This document shows, in pieces, positions 47,405 through 56,282 of a DNA stretch of 64,000 nucleotides. The stretch lies in NCBI GenBank assembly GCA_963692865.2, contig OY843592.1, forward strand, positions 3,712,001 to 3,776,000, in the 5' to 3' direction. The notes below the pieces were generated by a model, which did no database searches, had not been told where the DNA came from, and saw only the letters and a program-made list of their open reading frames with translations. The position numbers and the translations under genes were made by a program. This stretch comes from a bacterium (GTDB lineage: Bacteria > UBA8248). The number at the start of each line of letters is the position of its first letter. The stretch's first letter is position 1.

Positions 47405-49777
47405 TCACCCCACCGCCTCCCGGCACGCACTCTCGATGTGCGCCTGGCCGATTTGCAAGGCGTCGTAGACTTCGTGCGGGAGGCCGCTCTGGCCGAACTG
47501 GTCGGTGCCGAGACAGGTCTGCTCAGCACCCAAGGCGCCGCCGAGGAAGGAGAGGGCGAGCGAGTGGCCGTCCAGCACCGAGACGACCGGGTTGTCGCGG
47601 TGCTCGTCTCCCACCATCATCTCGAGGCGCGAGAGACGGCCCGCGCGTTTCGCCTTCTTGTGTTCGGCGTAAATCCTGTCCGCGCTCGTGAGGACGAAGA
47701 CGTTCGCGTATACGCCCTCGGCTTCCAACGCGCGGGCGGCGGCGAGGGCTTCGGGCGTCATCACCCCGCTCACGAAGAGGTTCACCGCGTTCACGCCCGC
47801 GCGGTAGCCGGGCGCCTCTTTCGCCGAGTGGAGCAGGTAGCCGCCGCCCAGGACGTTCTTCCTCAACACCTCGCGCTTCAGGGGGTCTTGGAGCCAGTCT
47901 TCCGGCAGGAGGTTCTGATCCACCTGCTTCGTGCTTAAGCGCAGGTAGAAGGCCGGGCAATCGGCATCCCCCAGAACGCGGCCGATGGCTGATAAGAGCA
48001 GCCACTCGACCTCGACGGCGAAGGTCGGCTCGTAAGCCTCCAGCCCCGGCATCTCAAGCGAAATGGCGGGCGTGAGGATGCTCTGGTGCGCGCCGCCTTC
48101 GGGCGAGAGGCTCACGCCGCTCGGCGTCGCCACCACGATGAAGCGGCCGCCGTTATAGACCGCGTAGCGGAGCGCGTCGAGACAGCGGCTGATGAAGGTG
48201 TCGTACACCGTGCCGATGGGGCAGACGCGCACCCCGCAGAGCTCCTTCGAGACCCCGAAGGCGGCGAGAAGGAGCATGAGGTTGTTCTCGGAGATTCCCA
48301 GCTCGATGTGCCGGCCCGCGGGCGACTCCTCCCACTTGAGGAGCCTCTGCACCTGCTGTAAGGCGAAGAAATCCGCCTTGCCCTCGGGGTGGTACACGCC
48401 GCGCCGGTTGATCCAGCCGCCCAGGTTCGTGCTCACCGCCACGTCGGGCGAGGTGGTGACGATGTGGCGCGCGAGGGCGTCCTCCCGCGCAAGGTTCGTC
48501 ATGATGGCGCCGAACGCCTCCTGCGTGGAAGTGGTGGAGGCGAAGTTCGCCCCCACTTCCCGGGGGACGGGAGCGGGGGTTATCTCTTCTCTTTCAAGGG
48601 CGGCCCTCGCGTCGTAGCGCGCCACCGCTCGTTCAACCGCGCGCGCCTCGGGGCTATCTCCTGCCAAGGGCGCGAGTTCCTCGCCCTCGCCCAGGCCCGC
48701 GGATTCGCGCAGGTCGGCGATTTGCGCTTCGGTCAGGAGCTGGGAGTGGTTCATCGGGTCGCCCGCGATGGGAAGCCCCCAGCCCTTGACGGTGTAGGCG
48801 AGGATCATCACGGGCTTGTCTCGAACGCCGTCCGCTTCTTCGAGCGCCTCCAATATGCACTCGATGTCGTGGCCGCCGAGGTCGGACAGGAGCGCGGGCA
48901 GGTCTTCATCCGCATATCGATCCAGAAGGCCCGCGAGACCCTCGTATTCGCCCGCCTCACCGCGCGTGAGGCCCTCCCTTATCTCGCGCCCGCTTCTTCC
49001 GATGAGCATCTGGTACTCGCCGTTCGACATGTCGTCGATGCGCCGCCTGAGAGACTCGCCGTTTTTGAGCGCGAACGCGGCCTGGAGGCGCTTTCCGTAT
49101 TTGAGCTCCACTACGCGCCAGCCGTGCAGGCGGAACTGATCGCGTATCTGCTGCGCCTTGCCGTCGGGCACGACGCGGTCGAGGCTCTGGCGGTTCAGGT
49201 CCACCACCCAGATGACGTTGCCCAGATGCGCGACGTATTCCTCCGCCAGCGCCTCCCAGACGTTGCCCTCGTCTAACTCCGCGTCCCCCACGAGGGAGAT
49301 GAAGCGCTGCCTCGGGCCCTCGCCGAAGTGATCGTCGATGTAGGACTGCATGAGCGCGGCGAACGAGGCGGCGACCGAGGGCAGCCCGAGCGAGCCGGTG
49401 GAGAAATCGACGGGGTATTCGTCCTTCGAGCGGCTGGGATAGGCTTGTAAGCCGCCGAAGGCGCGCAGGTCGCGCAGGCGCTCCATCGGCAAATCGCCCC
49501 GGAGCGCATGGGCCGCGTGCAGGACGGGCGAGGCGTGGGGCTTTATCGCCAGCCTGTCTCCCGTCTTGAGCCAGCGGAAGAACATGGCCGTCATCAGGCT
49601 CACGACGGAGGATGAACTCGCCTGGTGGCCGCCTATCTTGATGCCCTCGGAGCCTGCGCGGAGGTTGTTCGCGTAATGAACGCTGTAGGTGGAGAGCCAC
49701 AGGAGCCGCTTTTCGATGCGCCGCAGAACCTCGGCCTCGTCCTGCTCGATGGCGTTCGTCTCTGGCGGAGGGTTCAC
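47405..49777 (-). CDS. AceE-type homodimeric 2-oxoacid (pyruvate) dehydrogenase E1 / transketolase-like ThDP enzyme
   Basis: GGHQASS, KPHASP, GLQAYPS, FSTGSLG, GDAELDEG, NRQSLD, ELGISENN, EGGAHQS, DQFGQSG. Confidence 0.85.
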   Translation of the reverse strand: MNPPPETNAIEQDEAEVLRRIEKRLLWLSTYSVHYANNLRAGSEGIKIGGHQASSSSVVSLMTAMFFRWLKTGDRLAIKPHASPVLHAAHALRGDLPMERLRDLRAFGGLQAYPSRSKDEYPVDFSTGSLGLPSVAASFAALMQSYIDDHFGEGPRQRFISLVGDAELDEGNVWEALAEEYVAHLGNVIWVVDLNRQSLDRVVPDGKAQQIRDQFRLHGWRVVELKYGKRLQAAFALKNGESLRRRIDDMSNGEYQMLIGRSGREIREGLTRGEAGEYEGLAGLLDRYADEDLPALLSDLGGHDIECILEALEEADGVRDKPVMILAYTVKGWGLPIAGDPMNHSQLLTEAQIADLRESAGLGEGEELAPLAGDSPEARAVERAVARYDARAALEREEITPAPVPREVGANFASTTSTQEAFGAIMTNLAREDALARHIVTTSPDVAVSTNLGGWINRRGVYHPEGKADFFALQQVQRLLKWEESPAGRHIELGISENNLMLLLAAFGVSKELCGVRVCPIGTVYDTFISRCLDALRYAVYNGGRFIVVATPSGVSLSPEGGAHQSILTPAISLEMPGLEAYEPTFAVEVEWLLLSAIGRVLGDADCPAFYLRLSTKQVDQNLLPEDWLQDPLKREVLRKNVLGGGYLLHSAKEAPGYRAGVNAVNLFVSGVMTPEALAAARALEAEGVYANVFVLTSADRIYAEHKKAKRAGRLSRLEMMVGDEHRDNPVVSVLDGHSLALSFLGGALGAEQTCLGTDQFGQSGLPHEVYDALQIGQAHIESACREAVG

Positions 49778-49812
49778 GCCCGTCCCTCCCTCGGGAGCGC
49801 GGGGTCTGCGGA

Positions 49813-50535
49813 TTATCCACGCACCCCGGTGTGAAGCTCGGCGATGCCGCCCGTCATCGGGCGATGGCCCACCTCGCGGAAACCCGCATCGCGCATCATC
49901 GCCGAGAGCCTCTCGGCTTCGGGAAATTCATATACCGTGCTGGGAAGGTAATTATACGCGCTTCGGTGCGCGGAGACGAGCCTCCCCGCGACGGGGAGGA
50001 GCGCCCGGAAGTAAAAGGCGTACAAAAGCCCGAACAGGCCCACAGGATGCCCGAATTCCAGCACCACGAGTCTGCCGCCCTCTTTCAATACGCGGCCCAT
50101 CTCGGCCAGACCGGCTTCCCTATCCTCGAAATTGCGCAGGCCGAACGCGATGATCACCCCGTCGAACGCGCCGTCATGAAAGGGCAGACTCAAGCCGTCT
50201 CCCTGAATCAGGGAGAGAGTTGCGCCCTGCTTCTCGGCCTTTACCTTCCCGCGCGCGAGCATGGGATACGCGAAATCGACGCCGAAGATGCGCGCGCCGC
50301 GTCCGGCTTGGGCGTGCGCTTCCAGCGCGACGTCCGCCGTCCCCGTCGCCAGATCGAGAAAACGCGCCTCTTCCCCGCCCGAACCTTGGAGAAGGCTCGC
50401 GACTGCGCGCGCGCGCCAGAGGCGGTCCACGCCGAAGCTTAAGATTCGGTTCAGGAGGTCGTAGGTGGGCGCGATGTCCGAGAACATCGCCTGGACTTGG
50501 CGTTTCTCGACGCGGGTCGGCACGAGCGCGTTCAA
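49813..50535 (-). CDS. menG: UbiE/MenG quinone C-methyltransferase
   Basis: MFSDIAPTYDLLNRILSFG.D..WR, LDLATGTAD, FGLRN, RVLKEGG.LVVLEF. Confidence 0.9.
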   Translation of the reverse strand: MNALVPTRVEKRQVQAMFSDIAPTYDLLNRILSFGVDRLWRARAVASLLQGSGGEEARFLDLATGTADVALEAHAQAGRGARIFGVDFAYPMLARGKVKAEKQGATLSLIQGDGLSLPFHDGAFDGVIIAFGLRNFEDREAGLAEMGRVLKEGGRLVVLEFGHPVGLFGLLYAFYFRALLPVAGRLVSAHRSAYNYLPSTVYEFPEAERLSAMMRDAGFREVGHRPMTGGIAELHTGVRG

Positions 50536-51410
50536 CCCGCGCGGATGAGCACGTCGGCGACCGCGCCCGATGCGATGACCACGGACACCCAGGCGTTCAA
50601 GTTGAAGAACGATATGTCCACGCGGCTCAGGTCGTCGGGCCGAACGATCCAGTGCTCCCAGAAGAGGAGGCACCCCGCCGCCGCGAGCGCAGTCCAGTAA
50701 ACGGGTCCCAGACCGGAGGCCAGGCCCGCCGCGAAGAAACAGGCCATCGTCCCCAGGTGGGCGACGGCGGAGACGATGAGCGCGCCCTTGACGCCCAGAA
50801 GGCGCGGCAGGGAATGGATGTCCTCCTCGTCGTCGAAATCCACGTCCAGACAGGCGTATATGAGGTCGAATCCGCCCACCCAGAGGGTGACGCCCAAGAA
50901 GAGCAAGACGGGCACGAAGTCCAGATCGCCGCGCACGGCCACCCACGCGCCCGCGGGCGCGCAACCCAGCACGAAGCCCAGGAACAGGTGCGTCGAGGAG
51001 GTGAAGCGCTTGGAATACGAATAGAAGACGATTACAGCCACCACGGCGAAGGAAAGCGCGAACGCGAGCGGGTTCAGCATCCAGGCCGAGAGGATGAACA
51101 ACGCCAGAAAGCCCGCCAGCATCCCGAGGATGGATTTCGAATGCAGCAGCGCCTGGAACTCGGCGCGGTCTTTCGTCCTCGGGTTCTTGGGGTCGATGTC
51201 CCTGTCGGCGAAGCGGTTGAGCGACATGGCGAAATTGCGCGCGCCCACCGCCGCCGTCACCATCCAGAACAGTACCCACGCCGAGGGCACCCCGCCTGCG
51301 GCCATCACGCCGCCCATCAGCACGAAGGGAAGGCCGAAGATGGTGTGCTCGAACTTCACCATGCGCAGGAACTGCCGGAAACTCCTCGCCATCGACGCCT
51401 CAGCCGCCAA
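50532..51410 (-). CDS. UbiA-like prenyltransferase (MqnP type)
   Basis: VKFEHTIFGLPF, NRFADRDID.KNPRT..R, YSYSKRF, GFDLIYACLD. Confidence 0.9.
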   Translation of the reverse strand: MAAEASMARSFRQFLRMVKFEHTIFGLPFVLMGGVMAAGGVPSAWVLFWMVTAAVGARNFAMSLNRFADRDIDPKNPRTKDRAEFQALLHSKSILGMLAGFLALFILSAWMLNPLAFALSFAVVAVIVFYSYSKRFTSSTHLFLGFVLGCAPAGAWVAVRGDLDFVPVLLFLGVTLWVGGFDLIYACLDVDFDDEEDIHSLPRLLGVKGALIVSAVAHLGTMACFFAAGLASGLGPVYWTALAAAGCLLFWEHWIVRPDDLSRVDISFFNLNAWVSVVIASGAVADVLIRAG

Positions 51411-52863
51411 GGCCGTACTCCTGCCAGCGCCTCGTGACGCGCTCCTTGATCTCGTCCGTCATCACGATCTCCGGCGGCCATTCGCGCTCGAAACCCTCGG
51501 ACGCCCACTTGCGGGTGCCGTCCACCCCCACCTTGCTGCCCACGTGGAGGCGCGGGGCGGCGTGTTCGAGCGCGTCCACGGGGCCGTCGACGAACACCAT
51601 GTCGCGCCTCGGGTCGATGCTGCCGAGCGCCTTCCAGGCGACCTCGCTGATGTCGTGCACGTTCACGTCCTCATCCACGATGACGATGACCTTCGCCAGC
51701 GCCATCTGCCCCATCCCCCACAGGGCGTACATCACCTTCCGCGCGTGGTAGGGATAGGACTTGCGTATCGAGACGATCACCATGTTGTGGAACACGCCCT
51801 CCGCCGGCATGTGCACGTCCACGATCTCAGGCAACTGCATCTTCATGAGCGGCAGGAAGATGCGCCCCGTCGCCCCGCCGAGCCAGTAGTCCTCCATCGG
51901 CGGGCGGCCCACGATGGTGGTGGGGTAGATGGCCTCGCGCTTCCTCGTGATGGCCGTTACGTGAAAGACGGGGTAATCGTCCGCCAGCGAATACCAGCCC
52001 GTGTGATCGCCGAAGGGTCCCTCTTCCCTCAACTCGCCGGGGTTCAGGTAGCCCTCCACCACGATGTCCGAATCGGCGGGAACCTCCACGTCCACCGTCT
52101 TGCACTTGACGAGTTCGGCGCTCTTTCGCCTCAGGAAACCCGCGAGGTTCAACTCGTCAATCGCGGGCGGGAGCGGCGCGCTCGCCGCGTAGACGTAGAC
52201 GGGGTCGCCGCCCAGGGCGATGGCCATCTCCATGCGCGCGCCCATCTTCGAGCTTTCCTGGAAGTTCTGCGCCCCGTCGTGGTGTAAGTGCATGTGCATG
52301 CCCGCTGTCTTCTCGTCGAAGAACTGCACGCGGTAGAGGCCCACGTTCCGCCTGCCCGTCCGGGGGTTTCGCGAGTAGATGTGCCCGAAGGTGATGTAGC
52401 GGCCCGCGTCCTCGGGCCAGCACTTGATGGCGGGAATCGAGAAGAGGTTCGGGTTTTCGGTCTCCACGATCTCCTGGCACGGCGCCGCGCTCACCGTCTT
52501 GGGCGAGAAGGACGCGAGCCGCGCGAGCTTGGGCAGCATCTTCACCTTCTCGATGATGCCCTCGGGCGGCTTGATCTCCAGAAGCTCCGCCACCTCGTCC
52601 GCCACCGCGTCCATGCTGTCTACCCCTAAGGCCATCTTCATGCGCAAGTCCGAGGCGTAGGCGTTGATGAGGACGGGAACGTCGTATTCATGCCCGTCCG
52701 GGGCGACCGGCTTTTCGAACAGAAGTGCTGGGCCGCCGCTCTTCACCGAGCGGTCGGCGATCTCGGTGATCTCGAGTTCGATATCGACCGGAACCCGGAC
52801 GCGGCGCAACTCGCCCGCGCGCTCCAGCGAATCGACGAATTCTTTGAGGGAGGCGTACGCCAT
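51400..52863 (-). CDS. UbiD-family menaquinone-biosynthesis decarboxylase (MqnL type)
   Basis: EITEIADR, GPALLFE, RNVGLYR, EGPFGDHTG, GRPPMED, DPRRD, GSKVGVDGT. Confidence 0.9.
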   Translation of the reverse strand: MAYASLKEFVDSLERAGELRRVRVPVDIELEITEIADRSVKSGGPALLFEKPVAPDGHEYDVPVLINAYASDLRMKMALGVDSMDAVADEVAELLEIKPPEGIIEKVKMLPKLARLASFSPKTVSAAPCQEIVETENPNLFSIPAIKCWPEDAGRYITFGHIYSRNPRTGRRNVGLYRVQFFDEKTAGMHMHLHHDGAQNFQESSKMGARMEMAIALGGDPVYVYAASAPLPPAIDELNLAGFLRRKSAELVKCKTVDVEVPADSDIVVEGYLNPGELREEGPFGDHTGWYSLADDYPVFHVTAITRKREAIYPTTIVGRPPMEDYWLGGATGRIFLPLMKMQLPEIVDVHMPAEGVFHNMVIVSIRKSYPYHARKVMYALWGMGQMALAKVIVIVDEDVNVHDISEVAWKALGSIDPRRDMVFVDGPVDALEHAAPRLHVGSKVGVDGTRKWASEGFEREWPPEIVMTDEIKERVTRRWQEYGLGG

Positions 52864-52876
52864 GTTTCCGGAAAAA

Positions 52877-53161
52877 CTACTCGATGACCTTGGGAACGCG
52901 GAAATGGCCCCTTGCGAAATCGGGCGCCATCTTCTCGATATTCTCGATGGGGGATTCGGTGACCGCATCCTCTCGGAACACGTTCACGATGTCGAGAACG
53001 TGCGAGGTGGGCGCCACTCCTTCCGTATTCACCTCGTTCAGCTTGGCGATGTGCTCGAGAATGGCGCCGAGCTGTTCGGTGAACTTCTCGACCTCATCCT
53101 CGCTGAGGTTCAGCCGCGCCAGCCTGGACACGTGGATCACGTCTTCCCGCGAAATCGACAT
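52877..53161 (-). CDS. gatC: Asp/Glu-tRNA amidotransferase subunit C
   Basis: ISREDVIHVSRLARL, FRED, FRVPKVIE. Confidence 0.92.
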   Translation of the reverse strand: MSISREDVIHVSRLARLNLSEDEVEKFTEQLGAILEHIAKLNEVNTEGVAPTSHVLDIVNVFREDAVTESPIENIEKMAPDFARGHFRVPKVIE

Positions 53162-53179
53162 CACTCCCCCTTTGCGCCC

Positions 53180-55489
53180 TTATACCGCCCGGTTCTCGCC
53201 CCCGTCAACGCCCTCATCCGCAGGCGAGAGCGGCGCGTACTTCAAAACCAGCTTCCTGGGTCCCGCCTTTTCGAACTCCACGCTCACCGTCGCCCGGTCT
53301 CCCGTTCCCTCGCGCGAGCGGACCACGCCGATCCCGAATTTCTTGTGCTTGACGCGCGCGCCGGGCGCAAAGGGGCCGAGCGCGGCGGGGGATACTATGG
53401 GCGCGCTCTCCTCTTTTCGGGAAGGAGCGGCTTTCGCTTCCGCCAGAATATCGGCGTAGCGCGAGTCGGTGGGATCACGCGGCGTTCTGAAATCGCGGGG
53501 TGCGCGCCGCCTCGTCTGCGCGTGATCGCCCACCCGCCTGATGAGTTCCGGCCCGATTCCATCCAGGAAGCGGCTCGGATGCGACGTCCAGCTTTCCTTC
53601 TTGCCATCGGGCCGCCGCTCCTTCGCCCAGGAGAGACACAAGATCTCCTTCGCCCGCGTGACGCCCACGTAGAGGAGCCTCCTCTCCTCATCCAGACCGG
53701 CCGGCTCGTCCCGCGAGCGGCTGTGCGGAATCAATCCCTCCTGCACGCCGACGACGCACACGGCGGCGAACTCCAGGCCCTTCGCCGCATGAAGCGTCAT
53801 CAGGGAGAGCGCCCCGCTCTCTTCTGACATCTCATCCGCCTCGCCCATCAAGGCCAACTCCTCCAGGAACAGGGTCTTGGCCTCATCCGATTCGGGATGC
53901 ACCCCCTCTTCCTCAAGAATCCGCTCCTCGAACGCGCGCGCGGCGGCGGCGAACTCCGCTGCGCCCTCCATCGCGCGCGCGGCGGCGCGGCGGCGCTCCT
54001 GTGAAGTGCTTCTCTGCGCAGCGCCCTCCAGCCAGGCACGGTAACCCGTCCGATCGAGCGCCTCTTCGATCAGGCGCGCGGGGCCCGTCCTTAACGAGGC
54101 GAGCGCATCGAGCGTATCCAGAAGCGCCCCGAGGCTTTGCGCGGCATTCCCCCTGATGCGGCCCTGGTCCAGAGCGGCCCGCGCACCGGCCAAAGTGACT
54201 TCCGCCGCGCCTTCGCCCGCTATCGCCTTCAGGCGCTCCGGCCCCAGCCCGCGGGGCGGGCGGTTCACGACCCGCGAGAACGCCGCGCCGTCATCCGGCC
54301 GGATGAGCACGCGCAAGTAGGCGGCCAGGTCCTGCACCTCGGCGCGGTCGAAAAACCGCTGGCCCTTCACCACCTGGTAGGGAATCCCCCGCCTTCGGGC
54401 CGCCTCCTCCAGCGGGCGCGATTGCGTGTTGATGCGGTAGAAGACGGCGGCCTCTCCCCAGGGGATATCGCCGCCCGCTCCTGATTCGATTAAGCGCTCG
54501 ATGACGCCTTCCGCCTCTTCTTCGGGGTTCGCCGCCGCCAGATAGCAGACGGCTTCCCCCGCAGGATTCCGGGTGAAAAGGCGCTTCTCGTGCCGCGCCC
54601 CGGCCCCGCCCACGATGCGCGAGGCGAGGTTCAGTATCGCGCCGCTCGATCGGTAGTTCTCCTCCAGCCGGAACACCCTGGCGCCGGGGAACCTGCGCTC
54701 GAAATCGAGGATGTTCTCCACCCGCGCGCCCCGCCAGCCGTAGATTCCCTGATCGTCGTCCCCCACGGCGAACACGCGCCCGTGAGCGCGCGACAGCAGG
54801 GCCACGAGTTCGTCCTGCGCGGGGTTGGTGTCCTGGTATTCGTCTACGAGTATTTCCTCGAAGCGCTCCTGGTATTTCTTGAGAACGTCGGGGCGCCGCC
54901 GGAACATGCTTAATGGTCGCGCCAGCAAATCATCAAAATCCACGGCCCCCGCCTCACGCATGGCGCGCTCATAGGCGGGCGTGATCTTGAGGGCGGTGGC
55001 GTCGATGCTGAAGGGGGGCGGATCGGAATCATCCGTCTCCCCGAGCGAGGTCTTGCGGCGTCCAATCTGCTCCAGAACCGCTCTGGGCGCGTAGCGCTCC
55101 TCGCTGATGTTCGCCGCCGCCAGACACCGCTTGACGAGCGCGAGGCACTCCCCGCGCGAGAAAATGGTGAAGTTTTTCGATAAACCCGCCGCTTCGGCTT
55201 CGGCCCTCAAAATCCTCGCGCACACCGCGTGAAAGGTGCCCACCCAGACGCCCTGGGCGCCCTCGCCCAGTGAGGCGAAAAGGCGCGCCCGCATCTCGCC
55301 CGCCGCCTTGTTCGTGAACGTGATGGCGAGAATCCGGTTCGGCGCGAGACCCTCGGCGAGCAGGCGCAGGACGCGGTGGACGAGCACCCGCGTCTTGCCC
55401 GAACCCGCGCCCGCCAGCACCAGGTTCGCGCCCGGCGGCGCGAGCGCCGCCTCTTTCTGCTGGGGATTCAGGTCTTTCAGATAGCCCAC
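53180..55489 (-). CDS. pcrA: UvrD/PcrA ATP-dependent DNA helicase
   Basis: AGAGSGKT, TFTNKAA, VDEYQD, GDDDQ, LEENYRS, TLHAAKGLEF, EERRLLYVGVTRA; C-terminal V.H.KFG.G domain. Confidence 0.92.
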   Translation of the reverse strand: MGYLKDLNPQQKEAALAPPGANLVLAGAGSGKTRVLVHRVLRLLAEGLAPNRILAITFTNKAAGEMRARLFASLGEGAQGVWVGTFHAVCARILRAEAEAAGLSKNFTIFSRGECLALVKRCLAAANISEERYAPRAVLEQIGRRKTSLGETDDSDPPPFSIDATALKITPAYERAMREAGAVDFDDLLARPLSMFRRRPDVLKKYQERFEEILVDEYQDTNPAQDELVALLSRAHGRVFAVGDDDQGIYGWRGARVENILDFERRFPGARVFRLEENYRSSGAILNLASRIVGGAGARHEKRLFTRNPAGEAVCYLAAANPEEEAEGVIERLIESGAGGDIPWGEAAVFYRINTQSRPLEEAARRRGIPYQVVKGQRFFDRAEVQDLAAYLRVLIRPDDGAAFSRVVNRPPRGLGPERLKAIAGEGAAEVTLAGARAALDQGRIRGNAAQSLGALLDTLDALASLRTGPARLIEEALDRTGYRAWLEGAAQRSTSQERRRAAARAMEGAAEFAAAARAFEERILEEEGVHPESDEAKTLFLEELALMGEADEMSEESGALSLMTLHAAKGLEFAAVCVVGVQEGLIPHSRSRDEPAGLDEERRLLYVGVTRAKEILCLSWAKERRPDGKKESWTSHPSRFLDGIGPELIRRVGDHAQTRRRAPRDFRTPRDPTDSRYADILAEAKAAPSRKEESAPIVSPAALGPFAPGARVKHKKFGIGVVRSREGTGDRATVSVEFEKAGPRKLVLKYAPLSPADEGVDGGENRAV

Positions 55490-55505
55490 GGGTATGTTTT
55501 TCGGA

Positions 55506-56282
55506 TCAGAACCGGCGGCGGCCCACGCTCGGCTTGGGAGCGCGGATGAGCGTTCGCCCGGGATAGACCCCCTTGGAGACGGTCGCGTTCGGCGCGACCC
55601 AGGAGCCGGGACCCAGCAAGGCGCCCGGAGAGGTCACGGCGTTGCACCCGATCTCGACGTCATCGCCGATGACGGCGCCCAGTTTCGTGAGGCCGGTGTC
55701 GATTCGTTCTCCCTCGGCCCTGAGAACAATGTTTTTCACCACACCCGTTCTTTTCTCCTCCTCGGTCCTCAGTTCGAGGTTCGCCAGCTTCGCGCCGGCG
55801 CCCAGGTTGGCGTCCGCGCCCAGAATGCTGTCCCCCACGTAGGCGAAATGCCCCGCCTGCGCGCCGTTCAAAAAGACGCTGTTCTTGACTTCCGTGGCAT
55901 GGCCCACGACGGCGCCCGGCCCGATGAGGCAGCCGCCCCGCAAATACGCGCCGTGCCTCACCTCCGCGCCCGCGCAAAGCGCCGTCGGCCCCTTGATGAC
56001 GACGCCGGGCTCCACCCGCGCGCCCGCCTCCACGAGCAGGCCGACAGAGGCGATTTTCAGGCGCTCTCCTGTTACGAGCAGCCCCTCGCTCACCACGAGG
56101 CCCTCTTCCACCCGAAGCGCTGCGGCCTCGCTCAAAGGCGCATCCGCCTCATCCACCAGTTTCTGGACGAAACCCTCCAGAAGGCCGACCGCCTCCCAGG
56201 CGTGGGCCGCACCATCGAACAAGCCGGCGTGGGGAAATTCGCCGAGCCTGCGGAAATAGGTTTCCGGCGTCGTCGCGCTCAT
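55506..56282 (-). CDS. Left-handed beta-helix acetyltransferase (GlmU C-terminal-like)
   Basis: Hexapeptide repeats, EVRHGAYLRG, GHATEVKNS, HFAYVGDSILG, NLGAG, KLGAVIGD; no nucleotidyltransferase domain. Confidence 0.82.
   Translation of the reverse strand: MSATTPETYFRRLGEFPHAGLFDGAAHAWEAVGLLEGFVQKLVDEADAPLSEAAALRVEEGLVVSEGLLVTGERLKIASVGLLVEAGARVEPGVVIKGPTALCAGAEVRHGAYLRGGCLIGPGAVVGHATEVKNSVFLNGAQAGHFAYVGDSILGADANLGAGAKLANLELRTEEEKRTGVVKNIVLRAEGERIDTGLTKLGAVIGDDVEIGCNAVTSPGALLGPGSWVAPNATVSKGVYPGRTLIRAPKPSVGRRRF

Noticed and set aside
52877-53161. gatC without adjacent gatA/gatB
   Set aside because: Dispersed gat genes are common; nothing else unusual here.
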